Source: Desulfobacterales bacterium
GTDB taxonomy: Bacteria > Desulfobacterota > Desulfobacteria > Desulfobacterales > UBA2174
Length of the DNA stretch: 64,000 nucleotides
NCBI GenBank assembly: GCA_963668645.2
Contig: CAXXWC010000021.1
Span: 800,001 to 864,000, forward strand
Direction of reading: 5' to 3'
In this document: positions 1 to 11,378 of the stretch, piece after piece
How positions within the stretch are numbered: the stretch's first letter is position 1
Layout: every line of letters starts with the position of its first letter
Notes under the pieces: model-generated
The model's input: only the letters and a program-made list of their open reading frames with translations
Database searches by the model: none
Told to the model about the DNA's origin: nothing
Translations under genes and position numbers: made by a program

Positions 1-92
1 TTCTCCTGAGTCGTAAGTACACACGGTTTCCCACAGGTTTCCCCTGCGATTTTCTTTCCTACTGTTTTTACTATGTTTTTTATATGGGTCCT

Positions 93-119
93 CGGGTTCA
101 ACTCCCGCCGCCTCCACCA
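93..119 (+). other. Displaced 3'-terminal fragment of tmRNA (T-arm, acceptor strand, CCA); probable att site of an island lying left of the window
   Basis: CGGGTTCAACTCCCGCCGCCTCCACCA matches the typical ssrA 3' end. The upstream sequence is AT-rich and not tmRNA-like. GGTTTCCC direct repeats at 25-32 and 36-43 resemble integrase arm sites. Confidence 0.75.
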
Positions 120-122
120 GTT

Positions 123-2597
123 TTAGGGCAACTGAAAGGCCTTGTGCGCGTGTGTGACCATTTTAGCCTTATCGAGAACTTTTCTGACAGTTTTTGCCAT
201 ATCCGCCTTTACAACAGGTTTAGATAAAAAGCCCTTGATCCATAACTGTTTTTCCAGATTTTCGGATATTTTCTTGCTGTAACCGGTGCAAAGTATAACC
301 GGTATATCAGGCCGGATCTTTATCAATTCAATGGCCAAAATATCACCTGTCATTTTCGGCATTGTCATATCGCTAATAACCAAGTCAAAAGCTCCGGGAT
401 CCAATTGAAACATTTCCAGAGCCTCGATGCCGCCACCACTTATGGTCACCGAATACCCCAACTTTTCAAGTAGCTTGCAATTTATTTTCGCTACAGAAGG
501 TTCATCATCGACAACTAAAATACGTTCACTCCCTCTTGGCAACACCTCAAGATTGCATGAATTTTCTCCCTCAGTCATTCGGCAAATCGGCAGATAAATG
601 TTGAAGGCGGTCCCTTTTCCGGTTGTACTGTCCACAAAAATCCGCCCTCCATAGCTATGAACTATTCCGTGGACCAGTGCCAAGCCCATTCCAGTCCCCT
701 CTCCAGGCTTCTTGGTTGTGAAATAAGGCTCAAAAATAGAGCCGATAATTTCTGGTGAAATGCCGGTACCGGTATCCTTAACCATTATCCTGATATAGTC
801 TCCAGGAGTTATATCCACAAAATCCATATGGGCGCCGGGGGCTATAAAAGCATCTTCTAAATTGATTGCAAGGCAACCACCTTTTTCTTCCATAGACTGA
901 GCAGCATTTGTGCAAAGATTCAGCATTACCTGATGAATTTGGGTAGCACTTCCCATAATATACGAATTGCTATTTAGATCCTGCTTAATATCAATCGTAG
1001 CAGGAATTGATGAACGTATAAGTTTCAAAACTTCTTTGATAATCAATTGCGGTTGAATAGGCCTTATTTCCTCATCTGAAATTCGCGCGAATGCCAATAT
1101 TCGCTGGACAAGTTCCTTGGCCCGGTTGGATGCTGTATAAATTTCTTTAAGATTGTTATCAACTTCAGATCCTTTCTCTACCACATCAAAAGACAGCTCT
1201 GTATAACCGATTATAGCGGATAATATATTATTGAAATCATGCGCAATACCACCTGCCAGGGTGCCGATCGATTCCATTTTTTGCGACTGCAAAAGGCGTT
1301 TTTCCATTACCTTCCTATCGCTTATATCTAGCATGGCACCGATAATTCCACCTACGCCCCCCTCTGCATCAAAGTATGATGCCTTGTTAATGAGTACGTC
1401 ACGCCTGCTTCCATCCACTTTTCGAATTTTTGATTCATATTGCTGTATTCCAGGGATTTTCAACAAATTTGAATCAAATTTTGTGTACCATTCACCCATT
1501 TCTTCTGAAAAAATATCGTTCGCCCATTTTCCGGTGATTTCCTCTTTCGTTCTGCTCAAAAATTCAGCAAAAGCATCATTACATCCTATTAGAACACCTC
1601 GCGTGTCTTTGTAAAATACAGATATAGGAATTGCATCCATTAGTAACTGCAAGAAAAGATGCTGTTGCTGAATATGCTCTTCTGCATCCCTATGCTGCCG
1701 CTTTGTTTCTATAGCATGGAATGAGAATGATAAATCATCTGATATTTCGTGTAAAAGCCTCTTTTCTTCCGTATCTATTTCAAGCGAGTTTGAAAAAAAT
1801 ACTAAAAAAACACCATAAATTTTATCAACGCTTTTAAGCAAACTTACCCCGACAAAATTTTTACTACAGTTTGTTTGGAACGGACAACTATCATTTCCGC
1901 ATCGATTTAGAATAACGATACGCTCATTCGATCCAAGAGCCTTGCCAACACAGGCCGGCCATATCCCTTGTATTATATTATTTTCCAGAAATTGATAACC
2001 ATCGTAGAATCCTGCATGTGTAAAGAATGAGGCCGGTCCTATGCAACCTCCTAAGGCCGCCCAGACCCCTCTGTAACCGCGCGTATCAACCAGTACTTTG
2101 CAGGCTTTTAAAATCAGCTGGCAGGGATCACTTTCCCGCACGATGAGTTGATTGATGTCTCGGATAGCACGCAAGACGCTGTTGTAATGATCTACTCTTT
2201 CTTTAAGTAGATGTCGTTCAATGGCGTGCAAAAAAGATCGGACCAGCAAGTTTGCAGTCACCTGTCCTTTAACAAGGTAGTCTTCAGCCCCTTTTCTGAT
2301 CGCTTCGATACCTGCTATTTCATCGTCTAAACCGGTAAGTACAATTATCGGTATGTTTTGCACATGCGACTTAAACTGGATCAAGGTATCTAATCCTGTA
2401 CTGTCGGGAAGACCAAGATCAAGCAGGACAATATTGAAATCATCCTTGTTTATAGTCAACAGCGCATCGGCCAAACAGACAGTTGTTTCAATTTTAAAGG
2501 ACCTGTTTGATTGTTCGAGCTGCTCGATAATAAGATCCCTGTCTCCAGGGTTATCTTCTACAAGAAGGATATTAAACGCCATGCAATATTGGGTCAT
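123..2597 (-). CDS. Hybrid sensor histidine kinase (REC-GAF-PAS-HisKA-HATPase-REC)
   Basis: N-terminal receiver (LLVEDN..DLGLPD), H-box AGGIAHDFNN, G boxes DTGTG and GTGMGL, C-terminal receiver. Start 2597 or 2582 is preferred over 2627, which overlaps the upstream gene. Confidence 0.92.
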   Translation of the reverse strand: MTQYCMAFNILLVEDNPGDRDLIIEQLEQSNRSFKIETTVCLADALLTINKDDFNIVLLDLGLPDSTGLDTLIQFKSHVQNIPIIVLTGLDDEIAGIEAIRKGAEDYLVKGQVTANLLVRSFLHAIERHLLKERVDHYNSVLRAIRDINQLIVRESDPCQLILKACKVLVDTRGYRGVWAALGGCIGPASFFTHAGFYDGYQFLENNIIQGIWPACVGKALGSNERIVILNRCGNDSCPFQTNCSKNFVGVSLLKSVDKIYGVFLVFFSNSLEIDTEEKRLLHEISDDLSFSFHAIETKRQHRDAEEHIQQQHLFLQLLMDAIPISVFYKDTRGVLIGCNDAFAEFLSRTKEEITGKWANDIFSEEMGEWYTKFDSNLLKIPGIQQYESKIRKVDGSRRDVLINKASYFDAEGGVGGIIGAMLDISDRKVMEKRLLQSQKMESIGTLAGGIAHDFNNILSAIIGYTELSFDVVEKGSEVDNNLKEIYTASNRAKELVQRILAFARISDEEIRPIQPQLIIKEVLKLIRSSIPATIDIKQDLNSNSYIMGSATQIHQVMLNLCTNAAQSMEEKGGCLAINLEDAFIAPGAHMDFVDITPGDYIRIMVKDTGTGISPEIIGSIFEPYFTTKKPGEGTGMGLALVHGIVHSYGGRIFVDSTTGKGTAFNIYLPICRMTEGENSCNLEVLPRGSERILVVDDEPSVAKINCKLLEKLGYSVTISGGGIEALEMFQLDPGAFDLVISDMTMPKMTGDILAIELIKIRPDIPVILCTGYSKKISENLEKQLWIKGFLSKPVVKADMAKTVRKVLDKAKMVTHAHKAFQLP

Positions 2598-2601
2598 AAT
2601 C

Positions 2602-3036
2602 TCAGCCCTCCGGAGGAAAGCGCACAACCGAGAACCAAAATCCTTCGATCGCTTTTACGATCTTTCCGAAACCGGCCAAGTCAACGGGTTTAGTAACGTA
2701 TGCACTTGCCTGTAATTCATATGTTTTAAGGATATCCTCCTCTGCCTGTGATGAAGTCAATACAACTACAGGAATCCTTTTTAATTCCGGCAATGATTTC
2801 ATTTCAGATAGTACTTCCCGCCCATCTTTACGGGGTAAATTGAGGTCAAGCAAAACGAGATCAGGCCTCAATTCGTCTTTATAGGGGCCATTTTTCAAGA
2901 GAAACTCCATCGCCTCTACGCCGTCTTTAACGACACTTATTTCGTGCAAAATTTTACTTTCCTCAAGCTTTTCACAGGTCAAATCAGCATCTCCAGGATT
3001 GTCTTCGACAAGCAAAATTTTTATTGTGCCACTCAT
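2602..3036 (-). CDS. Single-domain response regulator, Rcp1-like
   Basis: LLVEDNPGD, LLDLNLPRKDG, VVVLTSS, YVTKP and the C-terminal FW motif typical of phytochrome-associated regulators. Confidence 0.92.
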   Translation of the reverse strand: MSGTIKILLVEDNPGDADLTCEKLEESKILHEISVVKDGVEAMEFLLKNGPYKDELRPDLVLLDLNLPRKDGREVLSEMKSLPELKRIPVVVLTSSQAEEDILKTYELQASAYVTKPVDLAGFGKIVKAIEGFWFSVVRFPPEG

Positions 3037-3052
3037 ATTTATCTCCTTGGAG

Positions 3053-4711
3053 CTAGTTCAAAGTTGGCAAAGCAAAATTAAACTGGGACCCTTTGTCCTG
3101 TTCGGATTTAACCCAAATTCTACCACCATGACGTTCTACGATCTTCTTGGCTATAGAAAGCCCGATACCGGTGCCCTGATAAACACCACGCTGATGAAGT
3201 CTCTGAAAGATGACAAATATTCTTTCGAAAAATTGCGGATCGATGCCGATCCCATTATCTTCTATTGAAAAAACCCATTCCTTGCCTTCTTTTACTGCCG
3301 AAATATTTACAACGGGCGTCTCCACTCCGTGAAACTTTATGGCATTACTGATCAGGTTCTGAAATAGCTGATAAAGTTGTGTAGCATCCCCCAATACTGT
3401 CGGCATCGGATCCACATTTATTTGTGCTTTCTTTTCATTAATGGAACCTTTGAGGCCGCTCAAAACGCTTTTGATCAGGTCATTACAATCCGTCGGCCCG
3501 AAGGGCTTACCTCGGGTGTTAACCCGTGACAAAACAAGAAGATCATTTATAAGCCCCTGCATTCGCTTTGCACCTTCGACAGCATAGCCTATGTATTTAT
3601 CTGCTTTCTGATCTAGCTTTCCCTTGTACTTTTGCTCGAGAATCTCAGTATAACTGGCGACCATGCGTAATGGTTCTTGAAGGTCGTGAGAGGCCACATA
3701 GGCGAACTGCTCAAGCTCCATATTGGAACGTTCCAGTTCATCATTTTTTTCTTTAAGTTTATTTTCCAAGAATTTCATCTTCGTAATATCCGTTGCAATC
3801 TCGAAGCGAACCATCCGCCCATCGACCCACTGGATGGCCTTATCTGTGCAACGAAACCATTGGTTCTTAGAGGCTGTGTGGAATTCCCAAATATGAGAAC
3901 GACCTATAAATTCACCCAAAATGAGTTTGTTCGTACAAAACGGACAGGGATCGTCCCTGCCGTGAAGAACCCTATAGCATTTCTTCCCGACAGAATCTTC
4001 TCCCCATTTATCTTTGAATGTTTTGTTCACGTGCATCAGCTCATAATTTTCAGGATCTGCGACATAAATAACATCTTCAATACCGTCCAAAATCGAAAGA
4101 AGCCGTTTACGATCTGTTTCTATAATCTCTGTTGCCGCTTTAAATGATGAAATTTCTTGTGCCGCTTTTCTCAACTTCCTTTCTGATTTTAATTGTGCTT
4201 CGTGCTTTAACACCATATCGGCCAGCATTTCTGCATAATTAACTAAAAACTTTAAAACTACCGATATTTTTTCCTCTTTGATTATCGGTACTTCCGATAA
4301 CGCCAAAAGATATGCTTTTTCATCAAACCCATATTCTTTTGCCTGTTGTTTAAAAAAATCGATATTTGGTGAATCTATTAAAAATTGTCCTACAAATGCA
4401 TTTGCAATATGGTTCCCATTCACCATAATCGGTGAGGCTGCATCAACAAGTCCATTATGGCAGTGATACAAAGAGTATTTTTGCCCATCTTTCAGATTTC
4501 TTGATAGCGTCGTATCGCTTTCATTACATTTTTTTACAGCTTGACTGTTCGTTCTGTGAAAATGCGTACAAATTTTTTGCCATCGGCAGCCTATTATGAT
4601 ATTACCGTCAAGATCGACAATCGCCGTAGGAATCCCGACCGAATCGCTAAAACTTTCCAGCAATTTCCGATTGGCAGGTACGTCAATGATTTCATAGATC
4701 TTGGAATTCAT
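3053..4711 (-). CDS. PocR-PAS sensor histidine kinase (Cph1-type kinase core)
   Basis: PocR cysteines (WQKICTHFHR, KCNESD, YHCHNGLVDAASPI), H-box FAYVASHDLQEPLR, QNLISNAIKF, GTGIGL. Confidence 0.9.
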   Translation of the reverse strand: MNSKIYEIIDVPANRKLLESFSDSVGIPTAIVDLDGNIIIGCRWQKICTHFHRTNSQAVKKCNESDTTLSRNLKDGQKYSLYHCHNGLVDAASPIMVNGNHIANAFVGQFLIDSPNIDFFKQQAKEYGFDEKAYLLALSEVPIIKEEKISVVLKFLVNYAEMLADMVLKHEAQLKSERKLRKAAQEISSFKAATEIIETDRKRLLSILDGIEDVIYVADPENYELMHVNKTFKDKWGEDSVGKKCYRVLHGRDDPCPFCTNKLILGEFIGRSHIWEFHTASKNQWFRCTDKAIQWVDGRMVRFEIATDITKMKFLENKLKEKNDELERSNMELEQFAYVASHDLQEPLRMVASYTEILEQKYKGKLDQKADKYIGYAVEGAKRMQGLINDLLVLSRVNTRGKPFGPTDCNDLIKSVLSGLKGSINEKKAQINVDPMPTVLGDATQLYQLFQNLISNAIKFHGVETPVVNISAVKEGKEWVFSIEDNGIGIDPQFFERIFVIFQRLHQRGVYQGTGIGLSIAKKIVERHGGRIWVKSEQDKGSQFNFALPTLN

Positions 4712-5294
4712 TATTTGTTCCTTTTTTTGCTGAAAGATACCCGTGCAGACAATCGCAAACGGGCAATTGCAAACATCTAATCGGGCATAATGAAATCACA
4801 GCAGACACTATAAATCGCTCGGAAAATCCCCGAGGTTATCTTTTTAGATAAGCTTTTTCAAAAAAAAACTACCAAGGACCTTTGACCAGGTCAATTGTTT
4901 TTCGAGTCCAGCATGGATTGCTAATGCAAGTCCTCAAAATTCTATCTCAATTTTTTGCGCCAAAAACAGTCCTTACATTTTTAGAGAAATGACTTGCCAG
5001 TATCTACAATTTCTATGGTGGTTATCGATGTCTATTCACAGCCTGAGAGTTTTAATGCCTGTTGATTCTCGATTTCCGTCTTAATGAATGCTACTCTATC
5101 TTGTTTCGGTCGTGGTGGCTGCCTGATAGCCAAAAACGAGGCATTTGTGACAATGGTATGAATGTTCCGCTGCTATTCCGGGCAACAGATTGCGCATAGC
5201 CTCTGCCGATCACCCCCTCCGGTTGACGATTCGGCTTGCCCGTATTTCCTATTTTCCGAGATCACATCCTGCCACTGACCATTAAGCATTGACT

Positions 5295-5314
5295 ATGACA
5301 AAATATTCTGTCAT
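5295..5314. promoter_or_regulatory. Palindromic putative operator upstream of leuB
   Basis: ATGACAAAATATTCTGTCAT is a 20-bp palindrome with one mismatched pair, directly after TTGACT (5289-5294). A weaker copy lies at 5363-5382. Confidence 0.45.
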
Positions 5315-5398
5315 CCGAGGAAGCAGCAAAGTGTTGCCGGAGAATAAGGCATCTCTGCTCTCTTTGCGGAATAATCTGTCATGCATACAAATAGTTAA

Positions 5399-6496
<1,098 letters not shown>

Positions 6497-6571
6497 CAGT
6501 GACTGCACTCACCTGTGTCCGACAGTTGAATGCTGCGATGCGGTAACGACGGATTCCATCCGCCACGGAGT

Positions 6572-7981
6572 TTACTTTTTCCCAATTTGGCCCCCGCCGA
6601 GGGCCTGGCAAAGCGACATCATGTTCTTAAGCTGGTCGTAGCAGTTATTGGCCAGGGCCAGTTGCGCCGTACGCCTTTCCTGCTGCGCATCGAGCCACTC
6701 CTGCACACCGGTCTGGCCCGCCCGGTAGCGGATTTCGGCCAGACGCTCGGTCTTTTGGGCCAGGATGGCGGTGCGCCGCAGGCTCCCTTCCCGGGTCAGG
6801 TAATGGCTGCGCGCCGCCAAGACGTTTTCCACCTCCTTGAGCGCCTCGTACAGGGTCTGGCGGAATTCGACCACCGCCTGTTCATAGGCAGCCTCGGCAA
6901 TGCGGGTGTTGAGCCGTGCCTGATTCCACTGGACAAAGGGCAATGCCAAATCGGCGCCCAGGGCGGCCACCGGGTTCCGCAAAAGGTTCAACAACTCCGC
7001 GCTGCTGGTGCCCAGCGACGAGGTCAGGCTCAGCCTGGGGTAGTAGCCGGCGCGGGTCACATTGGCCTCTTCCAGGGTGGCGTGCAGGCGCATTTCAGCG
7101 GCCTTGAGGTCCGGCCGGTTGCTCAGCACGGATGCCGGGATGCCGGCCGCGACAGCCGGTATGGAAAGATCGCCCAGCGCCTGCGCGTCGGCCATAACCT
7201 GCCCCGGGGCCTGATCGAAGAGGATAGCCAGGCCGTTGCGCACCTCGATCATCTGCTGCTCCAGGTCGGCCAGGTCGGCCTTCTGGCTCTCCAGATCTTT
7301 TTCGGCCAGCAACCGATCCAGGTCGGAGACCGCACCGGCCTCGAATTTGGCCCGCACCAGATCCAGGGTCCGGCCAGCGTAGGCCACGCTTTCCTGACCG
7401 GTGCGGATCGCCTGGCTAAGATAGGCGATTTGCCAGTAGAGGTCGGCGGTGGTACCGATCAGTGCAAGGGTGGCCGCAGCCCGATCCTCTTCGGTGGCCC
7501 GAGCCTCCCATTCGGCGGCGTTACGGCTGCCGGCCAGTTTGCCCCACAGATCCAACTCCCAGCTCAGCCTGGCACTGGCAGAAGTACTGCGGGCGCTCCC
7601 ACCGCTTTCGAGATCCCGCTGTGTACCGGTGTTGGCAGCGACGGCAAGATCCGGGGTGCGGTTGGTCGCCTCGAGTCCGGCCTGCAGCCGGGCCTTGCGC
7701 ACCTTGATGGCCGCAGCGGCCAAATCGTTGTTGGTCTTCAATGCCCGTTCGATGAGCCGGTCGAGCTGCGGGTCCTCGAACACCAGCCACCAGCGGTCGG
7801 AGGCCAGTATCTGTGCGCCGTTTCCGACCTCGGTCTGCCAGCGGTCCGGCAGAGCGAAGGCCGGTGGCTGGTACTCGGTACGGACCATTGCGCTGCAGGC
7901 AGTTAAAAAAATCAGCAGCAGCGCAGCCAGCAGCCGGTATACAACCCGAGCAGGCGTTGATTTATCCGTCGTGTCGAACAT
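6572..7981 (-). CDS. Outer membrane efflux lipoprotein (OprM/NodT family)
   Basis: Lipobox LTAC, WWLVFEDPQL, SWELDLWG, RPDLKAAE. The ATG at 7981 lies just after the macB stop. Confidence 0.9.
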   Translation of the reverse strand: MFDTTDKSTPARVVYRLLAALLLIFLTACSAMVRTEYQPPAFALPDRWQTEVGNGAQILASDRWWLVFEDPQLDRLIERALKTNNDLAAAAIKVRKARLQAGLEATNRTPDLAVAANTGTQRDLESGGSARSTSASARLSWELDLWGKLAGSRNAAEWEARATEEDRAAATLALIGTTADLYWQIAYLSQAIRTGQESVAYAGRTLDLVRAKFEAGAVSDLDRLLAEKDLESQKADLADLEQQMIEVRNGLAILFDQAPGQVMADAQALGDLSIPAVAAGIPASVLSNRPDLKAAEMRLHATLEEANVTRAGYYPRLSLTSSLGTSSAELLNLLRNPVAALGADLALPFVQWNQARLNTRIAEAAYEQAVVEFRQTLYEALKEVENVLAARSHYLTREGSLRRTAILAQKTERLAEIRYRAGQTGVQEWLDAQQERRTAQLALANNCYDQLKNMMSLCQALGGGQIGKK

Positions 7982-7985
7982 GATC

Positions 7986-9938
7986 CTATTCCCGGGCGAG
8001 AGCCTCGATGGGATCGAGACGCGCGGCGCTGCGGGCGGGCAAAAAGCCGAACAGCACTCCGATAAAGGTCGAACAGGCGAAGGCCGAAACGATCGACAGC
8101 GATGAGAACTGCATCTTGATGGCGCTGACGAAATACGAAAACACGATGCCGACACCGAAGGAAAGCAGGATTCCGAAGCCTCCGCCGATCATGCACACCA
8201 GCACCGCCTCGATCAAAAACTGCTGCATGATATCCGCCTGCCGGGCACCCACCGCCATGCGGATGCCGATCTCGCGGGTGCGCTCGGTGACCGAGACCAG
8301 CATGATGTTCATCACCCCAATCCCGCCCACGATCAGGGAGATCACCGCGATGGATGAGATCAGCAGCGTAAGGGTGGCGGTGGTTTTTTCCACTGTTTTC
8401 AGGATGCTGTCCGAACTGCGGGTATAGACGTCCTTGGTGCCGTGGCGCGCGGCCAGCAGATGCTCGATGCCCTGTTGGGCGATTTCGTTGGACATGCCGG
8501 CGGCCACGCGCACCGTGATGGAACTGAAGTACTGCTGGCCCGAGATCCGGTTCATCACCGCCGTGTAGGGCATCCAGACGTTGAGGTTCTCGTCTTTGAA
8601 GACCGACTCCTTTTCGGCCGCCACCCCCACGATCACGATGGGCACGTTGCCGGCAAGAATGGTCCGGCCGATGGGATCCTCCCCTTGAGGGAACAGCTTC
8701 TTTTTCGTGTTCTGGTCGATCACCGCCACCTGGGCCAGAGTGGCGATGTCGCGGGCCAGCAGGGGCCGGCCCAGCTCCATGGTGATGTCTTTGACCCGGA
8801 AGTAGGCCTCGCCCACACCCTTGATCGCGGCGTTGGCCACGATGTTGCGGTAACGAAGTTCCTGATTGGCGCCGATGTTCGGCGTCAGGCTGTCGACATA
8901 GACCTGGGCCTTAAGCGCATCAAGGTCGGCCGGCACCAGGGTCTCGACCCGGCTCGAACGCACATCGCCCCAGCCGGTACCCGGGTAGATATCGATGGTG
9001 TTGGTACCGATGGCGCTGATGTCACTGATCACTTTCTGCCGGGCGCCCTGGCCCACAGCCACCACGCTGACAACGGCCATGATCCCGATGATGATCCCCA
9101 GCATGGTCAGCAAGGTGCGCAGCCGGTGCGTCGTCATGGCCACCCAGGCCATCTTGAAGGCTTCGAGGAAAAGGCCGATGCGGGTGGCCCAGCGGCTCGA
9201 TGGGTGGGACTCGGCCCACTGCCGCGCGGTGCTTTGCGCAAGGCCTGGCAGGGGGTTGATTTCGTCGGCGATGATCTCACCGTCCCGGATCCGGATGATG
9301 CGTTGGGCCTGGCTCGCGATGGTCGCATCGTGGGTCACCAAAATAATGGTGTGCCCCTGGGCGTGCAGCTCGTCCAGGATCGCCATCACCTCCTGGCCGC
9401 TTTTGCTGTCCAGGGCCCCGGTCGGCTCATCGGCCAGGATGACTTCACCACCGTTGATCAGGGACCGGGCGATGCTCACCCGCTGCTGCTGGCCGCCGGA
9501 CAACTGGCTGGGCCGGTGGTGGCTGCGATCGCCCAGCCCGAGGCGCTGGAGCAAGACTTGGGCCCGCGCCAGGCGCTCCTTTTTCCTGACACCGGCGTAG
9601 ATGGCCGGCATTTCAGTGTTGCCCAGGGCTGAAAGGTGGGGCAGAAGATGATAGCTTTGAAAAATGAAGCCGAAATAATCCCTGCGCAACGCGGCCAGCG
9701 CGTCGCTGCTCAGCCGAGCCGTCTCCCGGCCGTCGACCCGGTAACTTCCGGCACTGGGCCGGTCCAGGCAGCCGAGGATGTTGAGCAAAGTCGACTTGCC
9801 CGAACCGGAAGCACCCATGATGGCCACCATCTCGCCGGCCTCGATCTTCAGGTTCAGCCCTTTGATGACCTTCACCGCAGTATCGCCGGACGGAAAGGAG
9901 CGTTCCAGATCGGTAATTTCAATCAGCGGCCCGCTCAT
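7986..9938 (-). CDS. macB: MacB-family ABC efflux ATPase/permease
   Basis: GASGSGKST, LSGGQQQR, LADEPTGALD, VMNIMLVSVTERTREIGIRMAVGA. Confidence 0.93.
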   Translation of the reverse strand: MSGPLIEITDLERSFPSGDTAVKVIKGLNLKIEAGEMVAIMGASGSGKSTLLNILGCLDRPSAGSYRVDGRETARLSSDALAALRRDYFGFIFQSYHLLPHLSALGNTEMPAIYAGVRKKERLARAQVLLQRLGLGDRSHHRPSQLSGGQQQRVSIARSLINGGEVILADEPTGALDSKSGQEVMAILDELHAQGHTIILVTHDATIASQAQRIIRIRDGEIIADEINPLPGLAQSTARQWAESHPSSRWATRIGLFLEAFKMAWVAMTTHRLRTLLTMLGIIIGIMAVVSVVAVGQGARQKVISDISAIGTNTIDIYPGTGWGDVRSSRVETLVPADLDALKAQVYVDSLTPNIGANQELRYRNIVANAAIKGVGEAYFRVKDITMELGRPLLARDIATLAQVAVIDQNTKKKLFPQGEDPIGRTILAGNVPIVIVGVAAEKESVFKDENLNVWMPYTAVMNRISGQQYFSSITVRVAAGMSNEIAQQGIEHLLAARHGTKDVYTRSSDSILKTVEKTTATLTLLISSIAVISLIVGGIGVMNIMLVSVTERTREIGIRMAVGARQADIMQQFLIEAVLVCMIGGGFGILLSFGVGIVFSYFVSAIKMQFSSLSIVSAFACSTFIGVLFGFLPARSAARLDPIEALARE

Positions 9939-9941
9939 CGC

Positions 9942-11156
9942 TTACCTCATGGGCGGCGGCGGTCCGCCGTGAGGCGGCCCACCGGGTCTTTGGTCGTTCT
10001 CAATGCTCTTTTCCGCCGTAAGCGAGTCGCCCACGATGACCTGCTCTCCCAAATGCAGGCCATCAAGCACCTGGACATAGACGTTGTCCTTGAGGCCGGT
10101 GCGGATCACACGGGTTTCGGCACGGCCGGCGGTGAGCACCCTCACTGTGTAGCGGCCGTTGCCCTGACTTTGTCCAAGAACCGACAGGGGGATGCAAAGC
10201 ACCTGCCTGGCCTCTCCGAGCACGATGGAGACCTGGGCGGTCATGAAAATACGCAGCTTATGATCCGGGTTGGGTACGTCGAACTGGCCGTTGTAGTAGG
10301 TGGCCGCCGAACTGATAGTCTTGGCCGAAGTGTCCGTGTTGTTAATGGTTTCCGGCGCCGGATCCACCGAACGTAACGTACTGTCATAGCGCTTGTCCGG
10401 GTCACCCAGGATACTGAAGTAGACCGGCATTTGCGGTTTGACCCGGATCACGTCCGCCTCGCTGATCAAGGCTTTGACGGTCATGGTATCCAGGTTGGAT
10501 AGGGTCAGGATGGTCGGCGCGGACTGGGTTGAAACCACTGTCTGCCCCTCTTCGGCGGCCACCGCCACCACCACCCCGTCCATGGGTGCCACGATCTGAG
10601 TATAGCCGAGATTCTTTCTGGCGGTATCCACCGAGATGGTGGCCTGGACAATCTGGGCGTCCAGGGCCGCAATCTCGGCCCGGGTACTTTCCAGGCTGGC
10701 CGCTGCGCTTTCCAGATCTGACTGGGCCGAGGCGTCGCTGCGGCGCATGGCCTGCTGGCGCCTGTAGGCGAGTTCATACTGTTTGAGAAGCGCGAGCTTG
10801 GCCCGTTTCTGAGCCTCGATGGTCTTTAAAGCGGCTTCGGCGTCCCGCAGGTCGTTTTGTTTGACCGAAGGGTCGATCACCGCCAACAACTGCCCCTTCT
10901 TGACGCGGTCGCCCAGGGAAACCTTCAGCGATTGTATCTGGCCTGAGACCTGGGCACCGACATCGACCTGCTGGGAGGCGTTGAGTACCCCGGTGGACGA
11001 GACGGTCTCCTGGATGTCGCGCCGGGTTACCGGAACGGTGACGTAAACCGGTTTCGGGGACGGCCAAAGCCGGTCGCGTGCGAACCAGGCCCCGGTGGCC
11101 GTGGCCGCCAGAATCACCAGAACGGCTGACAGGTACCGATGCTTTTTCTTTTCCAT
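9942..11156 (-). CDS. macA: MacA-family periplasmic adaptor
   Basis: N-terminal TM helix, VDVGAQVSGQI, APMDGVVV, SEADVIRVKP. Start taken at MEKKKH (11156). Confidence 0.9.
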   Translation of the reverse strand: MEKKKHRYLSAVLVILAATATGAWFARDRLWPSPKPVYVTVPVTRRDIQETVSSTGVLNASQQVDVGAQVSGQIQSLKVSLGDRVKKGQLLAVIDPSVKQNDLRDAEAALKTIEAQKRAKLALLKQYELAYRRQQAMRRSDASAQSDLESAAASLESTRAEIAALDAQIVQATISVDTARKNLGYTQIVAPMDGVVVAVAAEEGQTVVSTQSAPTILTLSNLDTMTVKALISEADVIRVKPQMPVYFSILGDPDKRYDSTLRSVDPAPETINNTDTSAKTISSAATYYNGQFDVPNPDHKLRIFMTAQVSIVLGEARQVLCIPLSVLGQSQGNGRYTVRVLTAGRAETRVIRTGLKDNVYVQVLDGLHLGEQVIVGDSLTAEKSIENDQRPGGPPHGGPPPPMR

Positions 11157-11306
11157 AGCCTCTTTGCCCTGCAACATGGCTTCGGCCATCGCTTCAATGG
11201 ATCCACAAAACATGCCGCCCGACCAGTTCCTGGACGGACGTTTGTCCCACCGCGCCGGATTTCGCGGCCGCCCGTCTGAGCCTGGCGTCCAACCGCTCAA
11301 ACGGAA

Positions 11307-11378
11307 GCCGGGCCACCGCAAGGTGGCCCGGCCATGGGAGGGGAGGAGGAGACGCCGATCGGGTCGTTGACCCGATCG
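11307..11378 (-). ncRNA. Candidate small structured RNA (hairpin, CU-rich linker, hairpin)
   Basis: Perfect 11-bp stem 11307-11332 and perfect 10-bp stem 11356-11378 flank CTCCTCCTCCCCTCCC on the minus strand. Confidence 0.3.

Noticed and set aside
93..119. Intact tRNA or tmRNA gene
   Set aside because: Only the T-arm and 3' acceptor strand are present
4882..4894. TTGACCAGGTCAA palindrome as an FNR/CRP-type site
   Set aside because: Spacing differs from TTGAT-N4-ATCAA and it occurs only once
6530..7906. Long antisense ORFs over GC-rich genes (also 8442-9632, 40662-41573, 44086-44898, 46032-46922)
   Set aside because: Shadow frames of clearly identified genes on the opposite strand
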